The notes under the pieces were generated by a model. That model was given only the letters and a program-made list of their open reading frames with translations. It was not told the DNA's origin and ran no database searches. Positions 1-13,558 of a stretch of DNA of 64,000 nt are shown in pieces. Every line of letters begins with the position of its first letter. Within the stretch, counting starts at the first letter, position 1. Source of the DNA: Lingula anatina. Taxonomy: Eukaryota > Animalia > Brachiopoda. A program made the position numbers and the translations under genes. The stretch lies in assembly GCA_051362555.1 (NCBI GenBank), contig CM120643.1, forward strand, positions 18,728,848 to 18,792,847, written 5' to 3'.

Positions 1-246
1 ATATGAAGTCCATGAAGCACTGAAATTGAATTAGTTGAAATATGACTAACAATTTGATTTAATTCTTGTGATGAATGTAACATGTAACATGCAGGCTACC
101 AGTGTTATAGATGATATGTAGTGTGTTTTAACCTATATATTATATTTATTTTGAATCTTTTTTTTTTCTAATTCAGTATGGTTATGAAAATTTAAAAAAA
201 GCGAGTATTAATATATATATATATATATATATAATTTTTTTTTCAG

Positions 247-352
247 TCTAGATCCCGAAGGTGATCCATTGTGTGCATTGTTAATGATTGACTTCTATGC
301 CCTAAGAGCAGAGCAGTTTACCTTGCTCATCAGAATGTACCAGGAATGGGAA
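247..352 (+). CDS. TCF25: TCF25 exon (LDPEGDPLCALLMIDFYALRAEQFTLLIRMYQEWE)
   Basis: tttcag acceptor, gtaagg donor, conserved motif. Confidence 0.93.
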
Positions 353-2680
353 GTAAGGCATTTTAATATTATAACTGGTGTATCAGTTCCATTCTTTTAA
401 TTTTTTAGAGTGAAGAAACATCATGTACTTTATATTTCTGTGTTTGAGATAATTTATTTTCTGCTTCTTCCGAATGCAGCAAGTTCTATTGCAGGATTGA
501 TGATATTTTGTATATATGACTTTATTAACTTCTTTTTGTAAGTTTATTCTGTAACAATAACCATCAACAATTCATTGTTTTTAATATCAACAAAGCACAA
601 GATTAGAAATATGATCATATAACAGACTTTACGAAAGGCCAAAAAATCTGTCAGACATTCGGTCTGACAAGCTTGAAAATTCTGTCAGACCGAAACAAAA
701 TCTGTCAGACCGAAGTAAAGTAATAGAAATATGAACCATTATTCATGTTTTCATGTGTATTTTCTAACGTTTTAAATCATTGACATTAAATCAAATATTA
801 AATTTTTGATATATATTTATTTGTAAAAAAGTAAAATAAGAAAGAAAAAAAAAAATAGACAAAAAATTACTTGCATAACAAGTTGTTTTTTTAATTAATG
901 AAAAAGATACTGTGGAATGACACAAGGACTAAAAACAATACAAGTATGAAGAATGTGTAGCTAGTAATATCAAATGTATGTCCATAAAAACGTCTGTTAA
1001 TCAGATAACCATTTCACACGTTGTTTTTGGCAATAACATATGCATTTGAAACAGCACAGTAAGGCAGTCTCTTTCATCCAATTGAAGCTTTGACAGGGAC
1101 TGTCCAGCCTGAGTCTTAAGTTCCTCCTTCATTTTATTTCTTTTTTTATAAAATATTTATGAAATATTTGTATATTGTTATTATATTAAAGTTTCATTGC
1201 ATCCTGGCTATTTTAGGCTCACAGGAATCTGTCTCAGTTGCCAAACTTTGCCTTCTCCATACCCTTGGCCATGTTTCACAATGCCAACCAAGAAGGAAAA
1301 GATACAGAGGAGGCTGATCAAATGGTGCAGTGCCTTTATACTTTTTCTTCTGCATAATTATCTAGATTTACAATGTCATTACAAAAAAAGAAAAAAAAAT
1401 GGCCCCTCATCAGACGTACTTCTGCTGGTCACTGATGGATCATGTAAAATGTCATGGTCTTGTGGAAGTTGTTATACATTTTGTCTGTGAAATGTATTTG
1501 CAGCATATATGCATGTATAATAGGGATGTTCTCAATACTGTTATAAGCTTTTTACTTGGCATTGTTTATAAATGTATACATTGTCATGTCGAAAAACAGA
1601 AAATAAACTTATATTTCAGTTACACTACTACGGTAATTCAACTATTATTCTAGATCTTATGCTGCTGCGGTAATTAAGCTATTATACTAGATCTTGTGCA
1701 AATAAGGAAAATTTCTATAATTTAGAATAACTTATGTATATATTAATTATCTCCTTAACCTTATCTACAGCTTCAAGACTCCCTCCTGATGTTTCCTGGC
1801 CTGTTGATTCCTCTCCTTGACAAGTGCAGTATAAACCCTGATGCTGAGGTGGCGGCCCATCACTTCTTTGGGACCAGCTGTCAGTTAAGGTAGGGAACAA
1901 GTGCGTCTACATGTGCATGCACGCTTGTGTGTACATCAAACTAGTCTGTGGTATCTGTTCTTAGTTATAGGTCAGAGTGAAGGGTGTGTGTATGTACATG
2001 ATTTTCTTGTATAACTTCCACTCATTTAAACTGGTCTAAGACTTTTATATCTATGATATAGTAAAATAGTTATGTTGAAAAATTAACAGTATTATACATG
2101 TTCGTGTGCCTCGAGCTCTGTCTGTTATTATAAAAGTCATCATACAATATAAATCATTCATTTTCTTTATGCCTACAACCGTGTATTATATGTTGTTACA
2201 TAGGTGCCTTTGCAGATTATTTTATTTATGCATAAGTCCTCTATTCTTTATTGCTTGTCACCCAGTTTGTAACAACTATCATAATTTATAGGCAGCACAA
2301 TTGAGATAAGTCCAGAAATCGGTTGGGCTGTTGCTGAAATAGACATTATATTATTTTTGAAATGCAATTTGTCTAATGCAGTTATACACTCAGGTGACAA
2401 TTTTCTGGGAATAACATCTTTAAAATATGTCAGCACATCTTTAGCTTAATATAATGCAGATTTTGTTTTTTAGTGGTCAAATGGTTTTGATAACTTACCA
2501 TATATACACTTGCCATCCAAACATATCCCTTTTCTTCCCATAGTTTTACAGTTGCCATCTCCATACCAGAATGAACCAACTGTCCCTAATGGTCATAATC
2601 ACGCATACGCAAAAAAAAAAAAAAATAAATAAATAGAATAAAATAAATAAATAATAAAAATAAAATAAAATAAATAATAA

Positions 2681-2719
<39 letters not shown>

Positions 2720-5700
2720 AGCTAGTTGAGAAAAACTGTAGAAAGGTACATTAGCTCTTGAAAGGAAAATATGCAAGTTAAGACTCACAATTTTTTTAGT
2801 TCATTTAATACTTACAAGCTACACAGTTGCCTCCCTTATCTTCATGACTTGGTCCACACACACACACTTTTTAGGCTGGTCAGGGTGGCAAACATTGCCA
2901 CATGTGTGTCCCTTGGCCCAATCACAGTGTTGAGGTGACTGACATTCTTTTCCAAAACCCTTGGCTGGAAGCAGTTTGATCATTTGTACTACATCATGTA
3001 TGAAAATGAAACAGTTTATGTTCTTATGTGTGTCATCACACTGTAGCATTTCTCTTCCATGTCATGTAGTTTATAAATAGTCACTGTGGTAACTTGATAA
3101 ACACAATACATGTGGAAAGGATAATTAATAGAAGGTTACTTAAAACCGAAGAATAGCTAAAAATGTTTTAACTCTGAAAATCTGTGCATGTCTGCTAGGT
3201 AGCAAATGTGCCACAAAGGAAAGAAGGTTATTAATCCAATGGAAGCCCCAAATCTGTTATGGGTCAGAATACCCCAAAATGCTAGCAAAAATCAATAACA
3301 CAATTTAAAATTTAACAATTTATGACCAACTTAACCAAATCAGAAATGAAAATACAACTTAATATTTTGAATTTTCCATATCCTGTTTATTGTCCTTAAA
3401 ACATCTGCACATTGTTTGTCAAGTCCATCTGATGACAGTCCTATCTTCAGCATTTGCACATGTGTGCTTTCGATTTCAAAATAAGATGCGAGACAATTGA
3501 AAGCAAGTCCATGGAGAAATATGTTTTTCAAGTAACAGTGGTTACCAGGTTCTCTTACTTTCACATCTTCATTTCAGTGAGGCATGTGGAGATTATTATT
3601 TTTTTTTGTATAATTTTAAAGCATGCCAAAATTTATAAATGAAGAATCTAGCTTGCTTGGGATATGAAACTCAGGAGGGCTTATAGTGGGGTATCTATGA
3701 TCTCCATAATACTGAAATTTTTTAACATGGCCAAGGTCAGAATCTTTTTTAATTTCATTGTCTGTATCACTCATCTTCCTTTGCACCATGTTGCATTTAA
3801 CACTAGATTTAATGAATAATTTCATTTTATGTGCATCTTTTTTATTTGAAATGACAAATGACGTCTTGACAAGCACTTGGAAAAAACATTTTGTGATTCT
3901 TGTGAGAGTTTGTTTTATTTCTACCTAGTATAATTGTTTACAAGTACTCTTTCATCAATGAAGCAAAATAAGTAAAAGGAAATATATGCTTAAAAGTTAT
4001 CTTGCATCAATGGAGCAAAAGTAGAAAATGTAATTTGTTGAAATATTCTGTAAGACCAATGAAGCAAAGTAAAATTACTAAGAACTGAAACTATATACAT
4101 TTGAAAAGTAATTGTTAGTAGATTGGTTGATATTTTCTCCTATTTCGATCAGACTTTTATCCTTCTGTACTTTGTACATTGAATTCAAAGAATAATTAGT
4201 GAACTTATTTCATATTGTAGTCTATTTTGATCAGGCTCTCCTCCTCCTATGGCTTTCTATGTTCTTCCTTGACTGCTCATGGGCTGCCACTGCTTTATGT
4301 GTGTCTCTGCTAGTATAGCGCTGCTAACACAATAGGGAGCACTGCAGACAGCAGACCAGAGATTATGATGGCAACAGCTGAAATCAATATATTAAATGCA
4401 TACAATCCATGTTAGCCCTTTCTAAAGTTTAATACAATGTGTCTTTAAGTATTATACAATTTAACCTTGATTGTCAAAGTTTATTGTATCAAAAACAGTT
4501 TGATTTCAAAGTTGTCTTTTGAGTTTTTAGTTTCTTATTTTTGAGTCAATTTTGTTGTTATGGGAACAAGGAAATTGTTTAAAGTAGACATTAAGAAATC
4601 AAAAGTGATTTTATACATTTAAATTTTTTTCTCCACAATTGAAATGCATTTAGACATACATAGCAAAGGTGGAACAGTTGGCTGGTTTGTGGGTCTGACT
4701 GAACCACCTTTTTGATCAGAAAAGGTCAAACTTGAATAAAATTTTGAACTACGTTCTGTGCTGTTTTTCTAAATGGGTCAAATGAAGACCACTTTTTCAG
4801 ACTCTGCACCCCCCCCCCCCCCCCCGCCCCCCCTCTGCTCTTTTAAAATTGCTGGCTTCAGGCCTTGACCTATGACATTTAAGTGAAAATGTAAATTATC
4901 ATTCAGGTTCAGTCGGATGAGATTCAGAAATTAGCATGTTCTATGTATGAGGATTTTCTAAATTTTTATTTTTGTTATTTTTTTCTATTTTATTCATAAG
5001 CATTTCTTAATTTAAATTTGTTTTGGGTTTTTAGTTTTTCATTTATAATGTTACCATGACTCCTATCCTAATTTTTATCACTAATTAAGATCATTGTAAT
5101 GCCTTATTTTGGAATATTTTGTTCACAAATACTTAAGCAATATGTAATTGTTAGATAGAATTACAATTTTGGCACAATCCATCCACACATTGAGCATTAG
5201 GACCAATGCCCAGGCAGTTGCCGTCTCCAAAGCATGCACTTCCTACCGTTCCTAAAAGTGATAAGAATATGAAAAGGTTAATGACCTCTAAAATTAAGAT
5301 ACCATTTTATGACAAGCCTGTTCAAACATTTAAGTTCAAATAGCCTAGACCTGTTTAGGTATCATATGTTTAAGTTAGGTAAACGGCCATGTCATTTGTG
5401 AAAGTTCAGATTTTATTGGTTGTGACAGAACAAGAAATACAATAAGGTAGCATAGAAACAACTAAAACTATGCAGCAGAAGGTTATTCTTTAACATAACC
5501 TAATAGGTAGATAGGAAATTTAAATAATTCATAGACAAGAGTGTCATACTTACTTAGTGTACAAGTGTTGCCAGAGGTGATATGCCAGGGCCCACAGCGA
5601 CACGTTGTAGCTTCTTCTGAAGAACGGTTTGTGGCACAGGTATCTCCACAGAGAAGTCCCTTGCTGGCATCACATGAGCTTGATGAACATGATTCCCCAT

Positions 5701-8700
5701 GTGCTTTAGCTTTATATAGAAGTAAAATAATTAAAATTATAGAGTAAGGATTATGGGTTGAGTAGTGATACCCCCTCCCTTGTTTCAGAATTTCGCGGTG
5801 TCTTGCTATTTTTATTTTTATTTATTTTTTTTTTAATTAATGTTGGTAACTTCAGTAGCCTGTCACTGAGTTTCAGAATTGATGATGCTGGCTGTATCCA
5901 ATACTGTTCCACTACATTACATTTGAAGAAATCCCAACCTACTTTGGTTTGAACATCCAGATTTATCATAACTTGGTTTTAGCCCTGGAAGACATGAACA
6001 CCTATTGGATGTAGTATCACATATCATTCTTGTTGGACTTAAATGCATGTAGATGTTACTGTAACAGTCAGTGTCTTCTATGCACATGTCACCAATTTTT
6101 GCTGCAAAAAAAAAAAATGAAAAGGTATGAGTAATATCTTAGAAAAAGAATGGAATGATGTGCATGTATATCTGGAATAATTGTAATTTAAGGTATAAAC
6201 TGCAGTTGTTTAGCCTTAAACATATTATCCACTAACTGTGGAATACCATGGTAGGTGCTGTGCTGGGTAAAAACATACGTATGTTTTTACTTTGCTTTTC
6301 ATGGCCATAATGAGGTATACCAGCCCGCTTGGTGCCAGGTGTCGCTAGTGTGAATTCAGTCCTTCCACAGTCGCCATGTTGGATATCATATACGTTGGAC
6401 TGTGGCACTGGCCTTAATAAACATGCCTCAGTATTGTTGTGTACCTGAATGTCAAAGTCGGCAAGGTGGGCATAATTTTCCTGAGGATTCAGGGCTTCGT
6501 TTGAAGTGAAGGGTTGCCCATGTCAACACACCTTCCATGTTAAAAGGACAGTTACAACTTGACCCAGGCACAGTAATTAGGCCCCTAAAGATAGACGAGT
6601 TGCCTCAAAAAGAATACACGTAGAAAGGTTAATTGATCTTGGAAAAACTTATAAAATTTTGGAAAGAGAGCTCCATAGCAAGAAAGTGCCCCTAGGAAGT
6701 ACGATTTATCAAAGTGCGTTTTCTTCTTATGTCCGTAATTTCAGAAGAGTTATCAGTAAATATACATAAGTGCCGGTAGCCTTCTACCCGCATAAGGTTG
6801 TGTTATTAAGTAATATCCTTTTTTATTGATGTATTGAGCATGACCGGTAATGTTAATTAAATAATTATTTTTATTTAAAAAAATTATTCAGTACATCGTA
6901 AGAATCATAAAACTAGGTATAGTTAGATAATTTATTTGTACATGTATAGATGCAATTTCTCAGCCAATGGAATAATGCATGTTTGGAAATCTTTTTGTAA
7001 CAGTTTAAGAAATAAAATTTAAAGAAAGAAAACATTTTATAAATGAACAGTTTTTATTCTTTTTTTTTACAAAATAGCACTTCTGAATTGTTTTACTTGA
7101 GTAGAAACACCATATTATTATTGCTCTGAAAATTCATTAAAAAGCAGCAAAACCAAATGTTTTATTTAAACAAAATAATTATTCAGTCCATAGTAAAAAC
7201 CATGAAACCATGTAATACTTAGATAATTTATTTGTGCTATAACTTTCCTGATTATATAGCTGCAATTTCTCAGCCAATGGATTACTGTAGGTATGGAAAA
7301 CTTTTTGTAACAGTTTAAGAAATAAAAATTAAAGAAAGCAAACATTTTACAAATGAACAGTTTTTTTGTTCCTTTTTACAAAATAGTACTTATGAATTAT
7401 TTTACTTGAATAGAACCACCACATTATGTCAGCACTTTGAAAATTCTTTTAAAAGCAGAAAAACCAAATTATTTGCTGTAAATACAACTATCAAATTATT
7501 TCATCCCACTAAAAATACTTTACAAAATAGCATCATAGTTTTTTTCTCATTACAGTTAAATATTATTAAAAACAGCATAAACACATAAGTACTTTTTGTA
7601 AAGAATATAGCACCACCAAATTATTTCATTTTAGTTAAAACATTTTTTTTTTAAATGGCACTTCAAAATTGTGATTGCAGATAAAACCATCTCATACAGG
7701 GGTACTTTCTATAAACTAGCTGACACGTACTTCGTATAGTGTTTTTCATTAATAAAAGTTATCCTCGGCAAAATGCATGTAGAAAAATATCCAGTGTCAG
7801 AATGAATCAACCCCACAAACAGATCTTTGAATGTAAACACAACAAAATAGCAGAATGGGCAATTCGTAATGAACATCTGGCCTTCTAACTGAGTAAAGTA
7901 TTTGCAGGTTTTCTTTAGGCCCAGATTTGTGCACGAGATACACATTCCAAAAGGGGAAATCAGGTCCGGGTCCAACTGTCATGTGTCTGCAATGGTTTTG
8001 GACACAACAATGATTCATACAGTTTGTTTATATACTTCTTCTCTGTAGCTGCAATTATCTCTCCAAATCTTGAGGCAGTGATCCGCCATTGTCTCTCCTT
8101 GTGTCAGATTGCGCTCTTTCCTTGTTATAACTTGCTTACTCAGTGTCCTTCGCTGTTTGTTCCTCAACCTGAAATATTCATATCCCATTAAAGCATGGTA
8201 GATGGTTACAGCATTAAATAGATACAATTTAGATTAGTTTAGATACAATATTATAATTCTATGATGTCACCTATCACCTAGTTTGATAATTCTTTCTCAT
8301 ATTTGGGCCCGATTCTTAATAGTAGACCTCTGTTTTCACTTACATCATTCCCTCTATCCATGCTTTATTCTTTTCATGGCGTTTGGCAATAGTTGTTGTC
8401 CATCACAGTCACCTGTAAGTCAGCTTTAGGGTAGGCATTACTGGTGGCTACATCAATCTTTGCCGCTGATGTGAAGTGATAGGTAAGATTCCTGAAGTAA
8501 TCATTTTATCCTGCTCTTGAAGTTGGCTGTCCTGGGGTCCTGAAATCGAGAGTTTCAGGCTTTGCCCCCGATATATGGGCCTTCTTTGGGTAACCTTATA
8601 AAGAAAATAAATAAGTACATTTACTAAGTATAAAAATCTTTCGTGCTACTAAAACAAAATATGAGCGTAGGCCTACTCGTACCTACAGTAGTCTACATGT

Positions 8701-11700
8701 ACATGTACATAACATGTCAGATTTGACACACACACCTCGACTAATTTTTGATTTTTTCAAGGAAAATAGTTAGCATTCGTGTTTTTCAAGCACTAAATGA
8801 AAAGAAAACATACCTTCCAGTCAATTCACATTTTCATCCAGATGTTATGGCACCACATTCAAGTAAATTGCGTTTGAGTTGGTTCACTGTCAGCGACGCG
8901 TGCACACGCTCCATGTTAAACTCTGGCGTAAAGCCGTGAGCGAGATTCTGCGAGATTTTAGAAGGACTGCTTTCATCCCCACGCCATCTAGCGGCAGACC
9001 CTTAAAGCGGGTATTCCCCATTGTTAGTACACTGACACGGGGTGGGGTGTTTTTAATAAGTAAAATGGTAGATACATTATTGAATAATTAGATGCACAAA
9101 AATTCTGGGCCCAGTTTCATAAAGGATGTTTAGCACTAACCAGTGTATAAGCCTAACTAGTGGATAAATTCTCCTAACACCCATTAACTAAAAGATGGTT
9201 AAAATTGATAAAGCCGATTAGTTAACTGACCAGTATTAAACTGGATAAAATATCTAAAGGTCAGTTTACTAACCAGCTGTTTAAACACTGTTTATGAAAC
9301 ACAGTTTCAATCGTTGTTTAGTTAATGGGTGTTAGCAGAATTTATCCACTGGTTAGACTTAAACACTGGTTCAATTGTGCTAAACGTCCTTGAAGCTGGG
9401 CCCTGATTTTTGGTATTTCGATGATAAGAAACCCTGTTGGTAACCTGAAGTTCAAAACTTACCTGATACACAGATAGGATATTTTTTCCCAAGAAAGTAT
9501 AGTGGACCATTATAAATAATGGACAGCATTGTCCGCTCTGCTGCTGAGGAACACCCACATGATTGAGGAGTAGCTGACAAAATACGATTCCAATAAAATC
9601 CTCTAGTACATGTGTCTCCTGCTGTGACCCCCTCTGATGGCATCAGTTGGTTGGGGTCACCACAGTGCTCCCCTCCCCACATCTTCACATAGCCTGATTT
9701 ACAGGTACATTGGCCATCTTTGCACTCAGAGTTGGCAGCACCACATGTACCTGTTTCATCAAAGGTAGAACAGGATTCTCCTACTTTTTTTACTGAAATA
9801 TTAATTAATTAATTAATCGTCAATTTTTAAAGATGAGCCTTTGCAAGTATCATAAAATAGTAATGTAAAATTTCAGATAGGTATTTTAATTGCAATTATA
9901 TAAATTGTACTTTAGATTTTTAAGGTGTGTGTTTTTATTGCAGTAGGAACTGTAATACAAATAAAAAAAACCAATGGATAACATGGTGCAGTATTTACAC
10001 ATATAACCTATTGTTGATTATTAGTTGCAGAGAGTTCACTTTGTGCTTAATGCAAATAGATATCAAAATTTATTGACATCTGAGTAAGACATAATTTTTC
10101 TTTTTTTTTCAGAGCAAAACTATTGTTGCTTAGGGTCATGCGTGAATTTCAATTTCCTAGAGAATGATCTACTTCTTTGATAACTTTTATACAGCATGAT
10201 ATAATTAATTTTTCATCAATCTCAAACTGTACCAACTACTTTTTGAGTTTCTACGAATATCAGGTACAGTAAAAACTTGAAAATTTCGTCGGTCTTGTAA
10301 ATTTCGTCGGAAGACGATTTTAGTCGACATAAATTTTTTCACTTTGAAAATTTCGTCGAGCTTGAAAATGAGCCTCTCTATAATTTTTGAAAAGTTTGTC
10401 ACCTAATATGGCCTCGTCGTCCAGCTCAAACATGAAGGTAATGCGTCAGTTAATTCAAGACAATAATACGATCAGGATAACACTCTCAATGGAAGATAGG
10501 AACAGCAGTGCACCCCTGCAAGCGGCTGCGCACAATAAAGATGGTTTAGATGTGAATTCCCCCTCTCATTTGCCAGAACGTCGGCCTTTTGTCTTTAGTC
10601 TCATTACTATTACCTGGCTCAAGGTGCGTTTTCAAGCCTGTAAATAGAAGTCACAGGCCGCAGCTCTTTCAATTTTTTAAATAATATGTATTTTTTCATT
10701 TTTTCTTTAACTCTCCTCCCCCTCCCCCACTTAAGGCATATCGTCAGCAGATCGTTCATAATCCTAGTGAGATGAGAAGGCAATTTTCATATTTGTTCAG
10801 AGGACCTTGTTCGAGTAAGATCATCAGCGGGAGATCATTTGCGATCCGAGCAGACTATTTGTAGCAGACTCTGTTCTTGTAAGATCATCAGCGGGAGATC
10901 CGAGTGAGATGAAAAGGCAATTTTCATATCTTCATCAGGAAATCATTCGCGATGTAAGCAAGAATATAGTGCAATTTCCATATTAGTTGAAGGGACTTAG
11001 GAACTTCGTTCGCGGAAGATCATCAGCAGGAGATCATTATTTACCCCCCCCCCCCCTTGGATTGTTTAAATATTATAATATATATATTTTTTTATTTTAA
11101 CTTTAACCCCCTCCCCTTCCCACGCTCACGGCACTTGGAAAAGTGCCTGTAATTTTTTATGAATTTACAGATGGTAAATCTAGAAGGCCTGACACCCAAT
11201 CCTGAAAAAAGCCCTACATGTAACAAATGTTGATAAGTGCATAATATGCTGCGTCCAGTTTATAATGCAAGGTTGCAATTAGGCTAATCTTGATCCCTCT
11301 CCTCTATCAGGAGATATGTTGCTTACTGAAAAGACAATTCTCAACCTACTTTTCGGGTAAGTTCATATAACTTAATCGAGATGCACTAATAAATAGATTA
11401 TTATTTACCACCAGAAAATGACTTAGGAAGTTGTGATAAATATCCCACAATATATGAGGGACAGGGATAAAAGCTGGTAAATATAAAAGCCTGTAGGTTG
11501 GAGTTTTGAAAATTTTGTCATACCCAGGAGTCAGGGAGACGTAATTTTTTTAAAAAAGTCGGATTTATGCAATTTACAATATTAATAGATTTTTAAGCAA
11601 CGAAATTTTCAAGTTTTTACGGTAATACACCTTGGTGTGAATCATGGTCAACTTACATGGCACACACTGCATCAGTTTTTCAGAACCAAGGTATCGAAGT

Positions 11701-13527
11701 ACATATCCCCTCTCGCACCCGCATTTCCCCCAGTCACACTCCCCCTTGATACATTTTATCTTGTCTGGCATTCCAATTTGGCCATTTTTACTGCAGTCTG
11801 CTGCAGTTTTGCACAATTTATTTGCCTCTGGAATATATATATATATAGAGAGAAAGAGTGGACTTGTATGAACACAACATGACTGTATGGTTACTAGTAG
11901 TTCATTTAGGACAAAGAAATGGAACAGGAATTGTGAAAGTTATTCAACAAGACAACTATACACTTACCGCTGTAGTAGAAAGTTACGACCAGGAATAGAA
12001 TGTTAAAAAAGACCTGGAATGGAAATTTTTTTATTTTATTTTCTGTATTTTCTTAACAAGCCAGATGATGTTCAAGAACCTAATTAAAGATTTCTTTACT
12101 GTTCAACATTTAAGGAATACATTATTAATAAGTTAAACTTATTGTGTGGCTTTCTAATTTTGAAATGATTAATTCACACACATTTTACAATGTATGCCTA
12201 AAACATAGATATTATTGCAGTACTTAATTTATAAAACATGAAAACAAAATGTTTGAATAATGTCCAGGAGAATGTGATGGTAGCCTTACCTACCTTCATA
12301 TTTGATTTGGTTTGTCATACAAAATGTAGAATATTGATTAATATCAAACTTCATAAGTCCAAATGTATCAGAGTTAACTTCACAAGCCTTCAACCTTGCC
12401 TATGATACCTAGGATAACTGAAATAACTGCATCACTATGCTTAGTGTTTTTTGTAAGCCCCCCTGGTGAGAGGAATGTGACAATGTTATCATCTTTGACA
12501 AAGTTCAGTGAATGGAAATTTATAAGAATTTTGTCAGTGAAACCTGCTTATATTGTAGATATATAGGCTTCATCATAATTTAAATGTCTGAGCAGCATTG
12601 TTGTCCATTTGATTTCAATTTTCACTATTTTAAAACTGTATGTGTGATAAAAATCAAATTATGAGAAAACATATAGCATTAAAAATGACACAGAACAACA
12701 GTACTTGTGATTGGAAATACAAAACTTTTGAGACATTCCAATTTGATTTTATTTAATACTTTTGATCTATTTTTCTAAATATATTTGTTAGAATAACAGA
12801 CTAATTAGGGATGTGATATAATTTCAAGTGTTAAAAAGCTGATGTGAAAGGGAGTAATTCACCTACTAGTATGAAATGGTTTTTTGATAGCAATGTTTGA
12901 TAGCAATCTGTCTAAACAGAGCAGGAAATACTGTGCCTTGACAGATTATCATGCAGGATGTACTTAGCTAAGTTAAAAACATTTCGTCATCAAATCCCAG
13001 TGGTCAGAGTTATTAGACCCTACCAAGGGCATGTTTCAAGTTTAAAGATACTTTTAGACCAAAAAAATATTTTTAATTTCAAATTACTTTGACCCAAGCA
13101 AATCAGTAGTTGTCCTTTCAGTTGAAATATGGTTCCTTCTATTTAACAGCAAGAAAAATGTCTATTATTTAACATTGTCTACCAAGGTACCAGTATGAAG
13201 GAAAGACAACTCATTGGTCTAGCTGATTTATCCACATTTTATTATTTAATAATTTCTTCATGAGTTGTAATGTATTTTTTAATAGTAAGAATTTTTGAAG
13301 TGTGTGTGTGTGTTTAACATTGAGTTTGATAATTTATTTCCTAATAATCTGTTTTTTTAATGACAAATAGATTCGGATGCTGACACGTTGGTGTAAAAGT
13401 TTAGATCTCAACATGATAATCTAGGATAAAGGATTTTTTGCTCTATTTGTGTGTGTGTAATTTGAATGTATAAAGGTTACACATTTGGTAACGTTCAAAT
13501 TGTAACTTTGATCCCCTTAAATTTATG

Positions 13528-13558
<31 letters not shown>

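Noticed and set aside
624-716. Cluster of tctgtcagaccgaa direct and inverted repeats
   Set aside because: Probably one subterminal end of a MITE; no partner end or TSD found.
1197-1490. ORF-track 97-aa ORF
   Set aside because: Off-frame reading across the TCF25 exon 1217-1324.
3030-3480. Possible exon 4/5 remnants of paralog D
   Set aside because: No frame gives the family Cys spacing with valid splice sites.
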